From positions 1 to 46,212 of the IMG/VR virus record IMGVR_UViG_3300027863_000056: DNA of 46,212 nt; one strand, given 5' to 3'. Positions 37,208 to 46,089 of this stretch are shown here, piece by piece. Within the stretch, counting starts at the first letter, position 1. Each line of letters opens with the position of its first letter. The DNA is from a virus (Duplodnaviria > Caudoviricetes). A model generated the notes under the pieces. That model saw only the letters and a list, made by a program, of their open reading frames with translations, was not told where the DNA came from and ran no database searches. A program made the position numbers and the translations under genes.

Positions 37208-37243
37208 GATTTCAAACTTTATAAGTAAAACTAAACTTGGTTT

Positions 37244-37708
37244 TTAAAATAATTTTAATTGCTTATCATGAATATTGCCAATTATTTTTTTATCATAATC
37301 ACTAATCCATAGTTGAGATAATCTCATTGGTGTGTCGAAAACGGTATAGTTACAATGCATCAATGCAAACCTTGTCTCTTCTTTATCCCATATAACAATG
37401 TGCTTGGTTTCATTTCCACCAGAACTAAATGATGATATTATATCACCGACAAATAATTTTTGATTGTGATTTGTAATTATTCCCGTCCATTGTCCAATAG
37501 TTTCTGATATTACTGGAAAGAATCCTCCGATTGCCATTGAATCAGAAATGATTGGGTTTTTATTTTCGTCTTCATCTCCAAAATCACGAGTTGCAAAAAA
37601 GGCATTTGGCATTATGCAATATTTGCCTTCCTGAATTGATTCACACAAATAGCCTTCAATCCATTCATTATTATCAAGCCTTTTTCCTCTAAATAGATAT
37701 TCTTTCAT
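37244..37708 (-). CDS. yopX: YopX family protein (second copy)
   Basis: LFRGKR....EWIEG, ETIGQWTG, F.GDI, IIGNIHD. Confidence 0.9.
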   Translation of the reverse strand: MKEYLFRGKRLDNNEWIEGYLCESIQEGKYCIMPNAFFATRDFGDEDENKNPIISDSMAIGGFFPVISETIGQWTGIITNHNQKLFVGDIISSFSSGGNETKHIVIWDKEETRFALMHCNYTVFDTPMRLSQLWISDYDKKIIGNIHDKQLKLF

Positions 37709-37709
37709 A

Positions 37710-38798
37710 TTATTTTAATGGTCTGATTACTTCAATGGTTTCGATGTATTTGCAATAGTGCGGAGTAGCATATTTACCTTGAACTATAGCACTTTCTTTG
37801 CTTTCGTAATCTTCGCTTTCATATATATTCACCCATACTTTAGTTGTCTTTGGAACGATGAATAGGTCAAATGGATGATGTATATCATTGTCAGCATAAC
37901 ATTTTCCAAATTCATTATGTTGACTAACAAACTCATTTCCTGTAGATTCTTTTCTTATCGCAACAATTGGAGCTGAGTTTTTAAGATTTTCGCATATAAT
38001 TGAAATACTATGACCATATCCATTAACCACATCATATTTACCTGTCTTCCACTTTTCCAGATCAAAAGGAATTCGCTCTGGTTTTTGTTCTTCTATAGGT
38101 GCGGGACACTTTTCGAATTTGATACCATGCTTATCGCTTTTTAAAACAAACCTATTAGCTAGTGGATGATCAGATACCAGTTCAATTGTTTCACTTGATT
38201 CGTATAAATCTCTGGTCAATTCGTAAGGCTTATTTAATTTAATGAAGGTAATAACATCTTTATATTGAGTTATCTTTATGAATTCTCCTGCCTTAGCTAT
38301 AAGTACAGGTTCGGGCTTTGATTCTGTAAAATCATTGCTGTTTACATTTATTATTTCATACACTTTTGGCTCTGGCTTATAGTTTACCTTTTCGAAGAAC
38401 TCTTCGACTGAAGATAGTTCGGTAAAGCCTTCGATAATTTCCCTTGTATAGACACCCAAATAAGGGCTTTCACTCGCTTCTTCAGTATCTACTTTTTCAC
38501 TATACATAATGGCTGCATCATTATATAAGTGTCCTTTATTTACCCCTTTGCTGTTCGCCCACCTATTCAGCACTTCTGCATTTTCTGGTGTGCGTTTAAT
38601 GCACCACTTTCCATGTTCTGGTTGTGTGTCATCTGAAATGACTGTACAGTCTTCAGTAATTATATAAGCATTAGGCAGCCCGTCAACTCTGTACGCATTA
38701 TAAGCAGCCGTTTTACAAACCGTGAATACATTGCCTATTTGTCCATGATACCAACAATCGGTATTTGAATTTCCTTTATCAATTCTTACTTTTATCAT
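37710..38798 (-). CDS. mosaic multi-domain hypothetical protein
   Basis: Several short domains separated by PEP linkers. Confidence 0.7.
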   Translation of the reverse strand: MIKVRIDKGNSNTDCWYHGQIGNVFTVCKTAAYNAYRVDGLPNAYIITEDCTVISDDTQPEHGKWCIKRTPENAEVLNRWANSKGVNKGHLYNDAAIMYSEKVDTEEASESPYLGVYTREIIEGFTELSSVEEFFEKVNYKPEPKVYEIINVNSNDFTESKPEPVLIAKAGEFIKITQYKDVITFIKLNKPYELTRDLYESSETIELVSDHPLANRFVLKSDKHGIKFEKCPAPIEEQKPERIPFDLEKWKTGKYDVVNGYGHSISIICENLKNSAPIVAIRKESTGNEFVSQHNEFGKCYADNDIHHPFDLFIVPKTTKVWVNIYESEDYESKESAIVQGKYATPHYCKYIETIEVIRPLK

Positions 38799-38830
38799 AA
38801 CTCAATTACTGTTTAACTGTTTATTTCTTT

Positions 38831-39031
38831 TTAATCTTCTTGATCAAATTCGCTATCATCTTTAGGTGTAATTAGCCAACAGAAGAAAAATATTAGAGCA
38901 CATGTGCAAAATGATTTAAGCAATATGTGTTCATATTTTTCATCCATCCATATTAACGCTATGCCAATAATTGGGATAATAAATAGCGAGGCAGTTCCGA
39001 TTATTGAAATAATAAGTTGTATGTTTTTCAT
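38831..39031 (-). CDS. 2-TM membrane protein
   Basis: Two hydrophobic helices. Confidence 0.7.
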   Translation of the reverse strand: MKNIQLIISIIGTASLFIIPIIGIALIWMDEKYEHILLKSFCTCALIFFFCWLITPKDDSEFDQED

Positions 39032-39043
39032 TACTGTTTGTTT

Positions 39044-39907
39044 TTACTGTTCAAATTTTAGTTCGTATGATTTGTTTTTCCACTCACAAAAAACAAACTT
39101 CAAAGCTTTTGCACGAGCTAGGTCTTTTATTTGTGCCGCTTTGCCTCGATTAAATAACGACCATGATTTAAAATCAATCTGCTTATCTGGTGCTGATGCA
39201 GACACTTCAGCTTCTGCCTGATCGTAAAGAATTATTCTATCTTCTTTTGAAAGATTTATTAGCGAACACTTTTCAAGAAATTGAAAATAGACGCTCATCA
39301 AATTTGAAACAAAAGGCGTAAACGATAATGCTTCTTCAATTGGTTCTCCTTCACAAAATCTATTATAGCATTCTGTGATTTGCTTTTTCAAAAGCATCTC
39401 TCCTTCAATTTTCCGTTCAACATCTTTGGCTTTTTCCAAATCCAATTCGTGTTTGCGTTGTTTTGCAAATGCGTTTTTTCGAACTTCTTCGGCAAATCGC
39501 CAAATCCACTTTTCAATCAGCTCTACAGAAACACCATTTAAATCGCCGTCACGCTGAAACATTCCTTTTGCACCCATTTCTATTGCCAAGACAACTTCGT
39601 CGATCCTGAACGTTCGGAAGTATGTTTTCAGGTCTTTTAAAATCTCGTCTTTGATTTCGGTTATCATTGCGCCTGTTACATCTTTTCTTGTTCCACGAAT
39701 CCCCATTGCTTTCGTGATTGCGTCGATGATCTTTCCTTCCATCTGCTCACGCTTGAGGTCTTTAATCAGGGGATAAATGGATGATTCCACTATACCCTTC
39801 TCCACCGGAGTGAGATTGGGTGCGAGATTCTTCTGCAATTCGATAAGCTTCTTCTCTAGCGAATTTAAGGCCGTCGTAGCCGGTAAGCGGTTTGAGTGTA
39901 TTTCCAT
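39044..39907 (-). CDS. putative replication accessory (helicase loader-like) protein
   Basis: Follows the initiator; EV.LAIEMG.KG motif; likely ATG at 39907. Confidence 0.5.
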   Translation of the reverse strand: MEIHSNRLPATTALNSLEKKLIELQKNLAPNLTPVEKGIVESSIYPLIKDLKREQMEGKIIDAITKAMGIRGTRKDVTGAMITEIKDEILKDLKTYFRTFRIDEVVLAIEMGAKGMFQRDGDLNGVSVELIEKWIWRFAEEVRKNAFAKQRKHELDLEKAKDVERKIEGEMLLKKQITECYNRFCEGEPIEEALSFTPFVSNLMSVYFQFLEKCSLINLSKEDRIILYDQAEAEVSASAPDKQIDFKSWSLFNRGKAAQIKDLARAKALKFVFCEWKNKSYELKFEQ

Positions 39908-40529
39908 TTTCTTTATTTTCGTCTTTAAACCAAACGCCTTGTAATTTTTGTTTCCAGTTTTTAACCTGATTGTTTTTTGAATCCCGCCAATTTGCGACCG
40001 AGTAATATTCAAATGCTTTTTTTGCTATCCCGCCAAATCCATTTTCTTTGCAGTAGGTTTCGAATTCGGAAAATTCAGGTGGCTCAAATTTTTTTGATGC
40101 CGACACCTTTATTTTTTTATTCTCTTCTTCATCTTCTTCTTCATATACATCTTCTTCCTCTTCTTCAAGCTTGAAGCAAGCTTGATTTAAGCTTGAATTA
40201 TAATCAATATTATTTTTCCTTAAAGCCCTTAAAGCTGGTTTGTGGGGATTGTAATTTTCTTTTAGTGTTCCATAATTCACATTTATGAAATTTTCAAAAA
40301 AGAATTTTCCGGCCGAAATTTTTTTAAGAGAAAATTCTGAAAGTTTTTCAAAATCAGAAATAACATATTTTTCACCCGTGTCTATTTTGATATAATCGAA
40401 ATCAACTATATAACATCCGCATGCATCGCATTTACTCCAAACGTAGAAGTATAATGTTTTCAAGCTTGGTTTAAGCTTGCGGAATGATACAATAGTCCAT
40501 ATTGATGTATCAAAGAATCTTCTTTCCAT
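39762..40529 (-). CDS. phage replication initiator (replisome organiser)
   Basis: RFFDT.IW...F.KL....K.LY.Y....CD..G N-terminus, acidic linker, C-terminal FEYY....W........NWK. Confidence 0.8.
   Translation of the reverse strand: MERRFFDTSIWTIVSFRKLKPSLKTLYFYVWSKCDACGCYIVDFDYIKIDTGEKYVISDFEKLSEFSLKKISAGKFFFENFINVNYGTLKENYNPHKPALRALRKNNIDYNSSLNQACFKLEEEEEDVYEEEDEEENKKIKVSASKKFEPPEFSEFETYCKENGFGGIAKKAFEYYSVANWRDSKNNQVKNWKQKLQGVWFKDENKENGNTLKPLTGYDGLKFAREEAYRIAEESRTQSHSGGEGYSGIIHLSPD
40167..40479. repeat. AAGCTTG iterons with 11-bp period (putative origin)
   Basis: Copies at 40167, 40178, 40189 and at 40462, 40473, all inside the initiator gene. Confidence 0.65.
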
Positions 40530-40616
40530 TTTTACCTACTTAAATAAATTAACCAACCAAATAATATAAGAACAGCTACAAGTGTAAGCCATTCTGTTCC
40601 GTCTTCTTCTTTCACT

Positions 40617-41384
40617 TTAAAACATTTGCTTTTGAATATTTCTTAGAATCTTTTCTTTCGAATCTTTAAAGAAATTTTTCTTTATCTCGAACCCGTATGC
40701 TTGCCTGTCTATTTCTATTGCTGCGGCTAGTGTTGTGCCGCTTCCGGCGCAAGGGTCTATAACTACATCGCCTTTATCGGTGAATACTTCAATGAGCCTC
40801 TTTAATACTTTTATCGGCTTTTGCGTAGGATGAATTTTTTCAATGAATTCATCTTGTTCCCAATCAAAACAATTGAATACCATTTTGCCATTATTGTTAA
40901 ATTTTGGAAGTTTGTCACGATAAAGTAAAATGGCATATTCGCAATTGCCGACAATTCTCATGTTTGCTTTTAATACCTGGGCAGAAAACTTTTTCCTGAA
41001 AACTAAATTCAAGTATTTATTTAGTCCGTAATTTTTTGCCTTTTCGATTAATTCGAATTGTTGCTCAAATGAACAGAATACAATCATGCATGGAGCTGTG
41101 CCTGTTTCTTTAGGCTCTTTCATAAGCATAGTAGAACAGAAGTGAAGAAACTCTGTAATTCTAAAATCCTTATCGGTATCAAAGAATTCTGTATTTGCTA
41201 ATTTACTTTCGCCGTTCTTACTGTCCCCGCCTTCGTACCAACTAGGATTTGAGCCGTATGCATCCTTGCCAATATTGTAAGGTATATCCGCAATGATTAA
41301 TTGAGCCTTTGGAATATTATAACGCTTATAATTTTGAAAATGATCGTTATGTAAATGTGGCCTATATATTTTTTCTGGTTTCAT
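40617..41384 (-). CDS. orphan N6-adenine/N4-cytosine DNA methyltransferase (beta class)
   Basis: DIPY, HPTQKP, DPCAGSGTT. Confidence 0.92.
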   Translation of the reverse strand: MKPEKIYRPHLHNDHFQNYKRYNIPKAQLIIADIPYNIGKDAYGSNPSWYEGGDSKNGESKLANTEFFDTDKDFRITEFLHFCSTMLMKEPKETGTAPCMIVFCSFEQQFELIEKAKNYGLNKYLNLVFRKKFSAQVLKANMRIVGNCEYAILLYRDKLPKFNNNGKMVFNCFDWEQDEFIEKIHPTQKPIKVLKRLIEVFTDKGDVVIDPCAGSGTTLAAAIEIDRQAYGFEIKKNFFKDSKEKILRNIQKQMF

Positions 41385-41626
41385 TTTCCTTTAAATAATC
41401 GTTTATACTTTTCTGTTAAATCTTCCCGAAACATTTCACCCTGTATTCCGTCTTCTAAAGGCAACCAGTCCTTTAAAAATACTTTGTGAATGAATCGTTT
41501 CTCACCCGTTGATAAGTCTCTAATATGTATGAGATATTCGTTTTCCGGATCTGTTGAAACGATCTCAACAGCTTCCATTCTGCCGGATAGTTTCTTTACA
41601 TGATAGAGCTTATCTAGGTGGTTCAT
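41381..41626 (-). CDS. hypothetical protein
   Basis: ORF track. Confidence 0.65.
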   Translation of the reverse strand: MNHLDKLYHVKKLSGRMEAVEIVSTDPENEYLIHIRDLSTGEKRFIHKVFLKDWLPLEDGIQGEMFREDLTEKYKRLFKGK

Positions 41627-41712
41627 GTTATATAGTTTACAATAATATTACCCGCTAAAAGCGCACAACCAATAGTCATTAGTATCCAGTATATTTTGTC
41701 TTTTGTTGTCAT
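41623..41712 (-). CDS. 29-aa single-TM peptide (not in track)
   Basis: MTTKDKIYWILMTIGCALLAGNIIVNYIT; ATGA overlaps at both ends. Confidence 0.6.
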   Translation of the reverse strand: MTTKDKIYWILMTIGCALLAGNIIVNYIT

Positions 41713-42536
41713 GATATTTTGTTGGAAAACATTTCTAAATATTTAACCGCCATATCAATGTACATGCCATATTCAACTATTTGCATTTCTGAATATCCAT
41801 TACTTATTCCTATTGATTTGAAATTTTCAAGCCAAAAAGATACTTCGTGATTTTCACAACCTATTTTAATCGTTGTCTTTGTCGAGATATTAAAGAAGTG
41901 TTTAGATCCTTGTATTTGAAGTGGTGAAATTTCCCATGCGTTGCCGAATACCCATGCGTTGCCGGATACCCATGCGTCGTCGGATACCCGTGCGTTGCCG
42001 GATACCTGTGCGTTGGCGGATACCCGTGCGTCGTCGGATACCCGTGCGTCGTCGGATACCCGTGCGTTGTCGGATACCCGTGCGTTGTCGGATACCCGTG
42101 CGTTGCCGGATACCCGTGCGTTGCCGGATACCCGTGCGTTGCCGGATACCTGTGCGTTGCCGTATACCTGTGCGTTGCCGGATACCCATGCGTTGCCGGA
42201 TACCTGTGCGTTGCCGTATACCTGTGCGTCGTCGGATACCCGTGCGTTGTCGGATACCCGTGCGTTGCCGGATACCCATGCGTTGCCGGATACCCGTGCG
42301 TTGCCGGATACCTGTGCGTTGCCGTATACCTGTGCGTTGCCGGATACCTGTGCGTTGCCGTATACCTGTGCGTTGCCGGATACCCATGCGTTGCCAGATA
42401 CCCGTGCGTTGTCGGATACCCAACCACCTTTTTCACCAGCCTTACCCCATTTACAATCGATTGTTAATTCGAGACGAAATAAAGTAATGCCTAAAACGTT
42501 TACTTTTGATTCAGTTGTTAATTTGCAGAAGTTCAT
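41709..42536 (-). CDS. hexapeptide-repeat left-handed beta-helix protein
   Basis: 27 x [RQW]V[SYF][GDA][ND]A; N-terminal GEKGGW; C-terminal IKIGC..H...W. Confidence 0.85.
   Translation of the reverse strand: MNFCKLTTESKVNVLGITLFRLELTIDCKWGKAGEKGGWVSDNARVSGNAWVSGNAQVYGNAQVSGNAQVYGNAQVSGNARVSGNAWVSGNARVSDNARVSDDAQVYGNAQVSGNAWVSGNAQVYGNAQVSGNARVSGNARVSGNARVSDNARVSDNARVSDDARVSDDARVSANAQVSGNARVSDDAWVSGNAWVFGNAWEISPLQIQGSKHFFNISTKTTIKIGCENHEVSFWLENFKSIGISNGYSEMQIVEYGMYIDMAVKYLEMFSNKIS
41933..42421. repeat. 18-bp coding tandem repeat, about 27 units
   Basis: Unit CCCGTGCGTTGCCGGATA and variants. Confidence 0.95.
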
Positions 42537-42637
42537 AATTCGTAATTTTATTTAAGTTTTAAAGAGGGAAACAACCTATCCAATTTTTCAACCCAGCTAT
42601 AAGTTTTTCTTTAGTTGGTTGCTTCCATCAATGAGAT

Positions 42638-43192
42638 TTATTTAGTTGATTCAGAAATTAATAATTCTTGATTCTTTTTAGAGATTGAATATTTTTTCTT
42701 TGCGTCTTCAATTGTACGGCCAGACCTTAACGCTTTAACAGCTTCGCTCCATTCGGTAGTATTTGGGTTTAACCACGGCTTGTTTTGAGCATCGTTAGAT
42801 GGCTTAGATTGCGATTTGCCTGAATATTTACTTCCTTCATTTCCATCATCATCATCGTCTATATTTAGTCCAAGGATTGACGCAAGCGCATAGCGTCTTT
42901 GATACGTTATTGTTGAGCCTCGGCCTTGTGGATCGTCTTTAGTTGGCCTCATCTCATAGGTGTCCTCAATTGATTCGCCACTTTCTGCGTGAATTAAAAT
43001 TGTCCTTAATCCATTATTGCCGGTTGGGAATTGCATGAATGTTAATCCACTTTCTATTAGAGGCATTTTAATTGCATCTAATATTTTTGAAAGGCTTGCA
43101 TAGTTTGATTTAAAGAATGGATTCTCTGCATCCTTTTTAATGTTTTCAACTTTTGTATTAAAAAGTAAAAGTGCGGCTGCTAAATTTTTCAT
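42638..43192 (-). CDS. erf: ERF-family single-strand annealing recombinase
   Basis: NPFFKSNYASL, IHAESGE, PQG.GS.ITYQRRYAL....G...DDDGN. Confidence 0.92.
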   Translation of the reverse strand: MKNLAAALLLFNTKVENIKKDAENPFFKSNYASLSKILDAIKMPLIESGLTFMQFPTGNNGLRTILIHAESGESIEDTYEMRPTKDDPQGRGSTITYQRRYALASILGLNIDDDDDGNEGSKYSGKSQSKPSNDAQNKPWLNPNTTEWSEAVKALRSGRTIEDAKKKYSISKKNQELLISESTK

Positions 43193-43641
43193 CTGTTTCG
43201 CTGATAAAATTCTGTGTAATTTTTTTTCATTAAAGACAATTTCAATTCATTGTCTGATTCAATCATTCGGTGTAAACACTCGCTTAGACGAATAGTAAAG
43301 CATTCGTTATATAGTGATTCATCAATCGTATTTCCGTAATACCCATCGCCACCTTCCATGCAATGCCATGAATATAGATGCAGGTCTTCAGCTCTTGATT
43401 TAATGAACTGTTTGAATTTATCAAGTGGAATACTCTTCAAATCAAATATCATTTTATCTGTTGATCCTACAGGCTTGCATTGTGATTCATCATAACAGAA
43501 TATAATGGCATCACCAGATATGAAGGCGTTGTGAGGATATATGCTTGATGAAAGTTTTTCTTTTCGCTCTAGGCGTTCTACCTTTTTTTCAAGAAATGTA
43601 ATGTATCCCTGAAGCTCTTTGATATTTGTGTTACTTGCCAT
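43189..43641 (-). CDS. hypothetical protein
   Basis: ORF track. Confidence 0.7.
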   Translation of the reverse strand: MASNTNIKELQGYITFLEKKVERLERKEKLSSSIYPHNAFISGDAIIFCYDESQCKPVGSTDKMIFDLKSIPLDKFKQFIKSRAEDLHLYSWHCMEGGDGYYGNTIDESLYNECFTIRLSECLHRMIESDNELKLSLMKKNYTEFYQRNR

Positions 43642-43653
43642 TGCTATTTATTT

Positions 43654-43923
43654 TCAAAGCTTAGGATGTGATTTTTTTAACAATTCACACTTATTTGTAA
43701 GTGCAATAAACTTAGCGGAATTTTGATCCTGCAACCCGTTTGACAAATAGAAAGTCTCAATATCAACGACATCACAATTCTTATGAGATATTCCAGATTT
43801 TATCATGTCGACGTGAGAAGTGTATTCGATAAATACTTCAAGATTTGATTTGTTTTTTAAATCAAACAATACATCTGCTATCTGATCGAATAGGATGTTA
43901 TCTGCTTCGCTTAAAAGTTTCAT
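43654..43923 (-). CDS. hypothetical protein
   Basis: ORF track. Confidence 0.65.
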   Translation of the reverse strand: MKLLSEADNILFDQIADVLFDLKNKSNLEVFIEYTSHVDMIKSGISHKNCDVVDIETFYLSNGLQDQNSAKFIALTNKCELLKKSHPKL

Positions 43924-44171
43924 AACTCACAGTTATCCTTTCTTCGTTCGAATTCTTCACGAGGACATGTAATTGAATCTGTTTTAATGCCAGCGATACC
44001 ACAGTGTTCGCCGATATACATTCGTGCTTCCAGTTGTTTTATAACAGGCCATTCTAATGACTCTGTTAAATGCTCTCTTAGAATTTCAGCTATTACTACC
44101 TGCTGATTGAACATCTCGAAGTTTAACTTCGCTTGCCTTTCGATTCTTTCTGCAATAGATATGTTTTCCAT
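43920..44171 (-). CDS. hypothetical protein
   Basis: ORF track. Confidence 0.65.
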   Translation of the reverse strand: MENISIAERIERQAKLNFEMFNQQVVIAEILREHLTESLEWPVIKQLEARMYIGEHCGIAGIKTDSITCPREEFERRKDNCEL

Positions 44172-44345
44172 AGTTGTAAAGGTTAAAGTTTGCCGGTCTT
44201 TCCCGGCTGTCAGTACTTATCATTGGCGTTACATACCGGTTTCTTTTTAGTTCACTTCCACTGAACTCAATCGCATGCACTTCCAGCGGCTTGATTGAAG
44301 CACCCGCATTGCGTATTAGTTAAATTGTCATATACGCCCTGACAG

Positions 44346-44422
44346 TGGAGGCAACACGATTCGAACATGTATCCGCTGGGTGTCTTACGCCCCGCCGTCC
44401 TATCCATTTAGACGATGCCCCC
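44346..44422 (-). tRNA. tRNA-like gene/pseudo-tRNA with aberrant anticodon arm
   Basis: GGGGGCA/TGCCTCC acceptor stem, D-arm GTCTAAATGGATAGGAC, T-arm ACATG-TTCGAAT-CGTGT; anticodon arm bulged, isotype undeterminable. Confidence 0.7.
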
Positions 44423-44465
44423 GATTCAGATCGGGCACTTGGCTGAACTCCTTTCCCCGATTCTG

Positions 44466-44570
44466 CTACTGATCTTTGAACTTATCGTAAATCTTGTCGC
44501 CAATAGACTCCCCTATTAATTTACAAGCCGATATGATTATGAGTGCGACTGCAATAGAAACTAAAACCAT
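44466..44570 (-). CDS. 34-aa single-TM peptide (not in track)
   Basis: MVLVSIAVALIIISACKLIGESIGDKIYDKFKDQ. Confidence 0.5.
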   Translation of the reverse strand: MVLVSIAVALIIISACKLIGESIGDKIYDKFKDQ

Positions 44571-44697
44571 AATTGTAGTTGTTACTATTTTAAAATTTGC
44601 CCCGACCGCTTGGTGTAGCGAACCATCGGGGCTACGCTTCGGCTATCCGATTTTAAAACCTCAGTTGCTGAGAATTAATCCGAAGCGACTAAACGAA

Positions 44698-44844
44698 TTA
44701 GTGATTGAATGCTTCATTATCCGGATGCAGACGAACTGCAAATGATCCTTTGAAATAAAGTCGAACTTTCTTCCAGTTAACCTCCCGAAGTATTGCACCT
44801 ATAAGTATGCAGGTTGAGCCTATTGCGCCGATTGCTGGTATCAT
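44698..44844 (-). CDS. 48-aa peptide with hydrophobic N-terminus (not in track)
   Basis: MIPAIGAIGSTCILIGAILREVNWKKVRLYF... Confidence 0.5.
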   Translation of the reverse strand: MIPAIGAIGSTCILIGAILREVNWKKVRLYFKGSFAVRLHPDNEAFNH

Positions 44845-44859
44845 AGTGTTGTGATTAGT

Positions 44860-45039
44860 TTATTTTACCTTTTGAAGGCCAATTTTTACCAATTCAACCA
44901 ATACGTCTGTCTTTGTAATTGTTATTTTTTCAGTTCCCATTCTTTTTGAAACCCTTTGAATAACCTGATTATGAATACTTTCTGGAAGCTCAAACGTTGT
45001 TTTTACCGTAGGCTCTTTTGGTGCTATTGACTTTGTCAT
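44860..45039 (-). CDS. ribbon-helix-helix regulator in the Cro position
   Basis: VKTTFELPESIH...TKTDVLVELVKIGL; ATG at 45039 lies downstream of the promoter. Confidence 0.7.
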   Translation of the reverse strand: MTKSIAPKEPTVKTTFELPESIHNQVIQRVSKRMGTEKITITKTDVLVELVKIGLQKVK

Positions 45040-45069
45040 ATAATATTTACTTATTGTAATATTGTATGT

Positions 45070-45101
45070 CAAAAGTAAAATAAGTTTTACTTAAAGGCAA
45101 A
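45070..45101 (-). promoter_or_regulatory. early leftward promoter TTTG-N20-TACTTTTG with overlapping operator-like palindrome
   Basis: Exact Bacteroidota sigma consensus; AAGTAAAA-TAAG-TTTTACTT at 45073-45092. Confidence 0.8.
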
Positions 45102-45146
45102 TTTATTTCCCCAAAAAGTAGTATTTATTTATTCAACAATTTGTAT

Positions 45147-45419
45147 ATGCATGAAGGTGAATTACTTAAATCTGAATTAAGGAAAAAATTTTCTACCCTA
45201 AAGCGTGCTATTGAGCAAATAGAGGTATCAAAACCAACGCTTAATAAATATTTAGAAATGGAAAGGATTCCGACAACATTTTTAGAAACGGTTGAGAAAA
45301 AAACAGGAATAAAAATTAGAAGTGACTCTAGCGTGATAACCCTTGAAGAAAAAGTCGCACGTCTTGAACTAGAAATTTCTGAATTAAAAACACATATAAT
45401 TAATATTTTAACTAAATGA
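45147..45419 (+). CDS. HTH repressor-like protein with C-terminal coiled coil
   Basis: MHEGE.LK, TLKRAIEQIEVSKPTLNKYL; divergent from the RHH gene; no S24 peptidase domain. Confidence 0.75.
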   Translation: MHEGELLKSELRKKFSTLKRAIEQIEVSKPTLNKYLEMERIPTTFLETVEKKTGIKIRSDSSVITLEEKVARLELEISELKTHIINILTK

Positions 45420-45814
45420 AAAAATTGTTTGTTATACTATTTTTTATTTCCTGCTCAAACACTAAAGAGCAGCATAAAGAACTATATATTACAACACATA
45501 CATACAACTCTAAAAACGGCACTCATTCTTCGCCGATCAAAAAAACCGAATTGTTTAGCTCTGATTTTTTAGAAATAAATTTATGCCAAACCAGAAATGA
45601 TACAAGCAACATTGCAACGAAAGAAATAGATGGCATTCACGATGTAAATAATTATAATCATACAACAATAGCAATTACAGATATAAATGGTCAAATCATA
45701 AATTTTAATGGAGCAACATCATTTTTAAATTTTATGCACAATCATAATTATGAAATTATTGAGCAACAAAAAAGTGGCACAATTATAAAGTATCTGTTCA
45801 AGAAGCTTCATTAA
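45416..45814 (+). CDS. lipoprotein downstream of the repressor
   Basis: MKKLFVILFFIS-C; ATGA overlap. Confidence 0.8.
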   Translation: MKKLFVILFFISCSNTKEQHKELYITTHTYNSKNGTHSSPIKKTELFSSDFLEINLCQTRNDTSNIATKEIDGIHDVNNYNHTTIAITDINGQIINFNGATSFLNFMHNHNYEIIEQQKSGTIIKYLFKKLH

Positions 45815-45962
45815 AACATTTAATGATAATTAATATTTTGCAATAATATATTTGTATTTTTTTAACAAAAATCTTACACAACAAAAAGGCAATTTTAAAA
45901 ATAATCAGCATCATAGTTTTACTTCGGTTTGGTTATGAGGCAAATCTATTGCTAATAAAAAA

Positions 45963-46089
45963 ATAAATATCTGCAATAACCGGATTTGGCTTACAAGGGT
46001 GAATTTTTTAACATAAGTTATTATTAATCAATTTTTTGTGTTTTGTATTGAGTGGTGACGGAGTGCGAATTTCTATTTAACACTTCTGT
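45963..46089. repeat. 127-bp direct repeat, copy 2
   Basis: Identical to 1-127. Confidence 0.95.

Noticed and set aside
40617-41384. Restriction-modification system
   Set aside because: No adjacent endonuclease; treated as an orphan methyltransferase
41861-42555. CRISPR array, or extra genes in the other frames of the 18-bp repeat
   Set aside because: There are no unique spacers; the units are contiguous codon repeats, and the alternative ORFs exist only because the unit lacks stops
3417-44745. Short antisense and nested ORFs in the track (e.g. 3417-3716, 6669-7067, 19124-19549, 24331-24669, 44494-44745)
   Set aside because: They shadow better-supported genes and show no recognisable motifs
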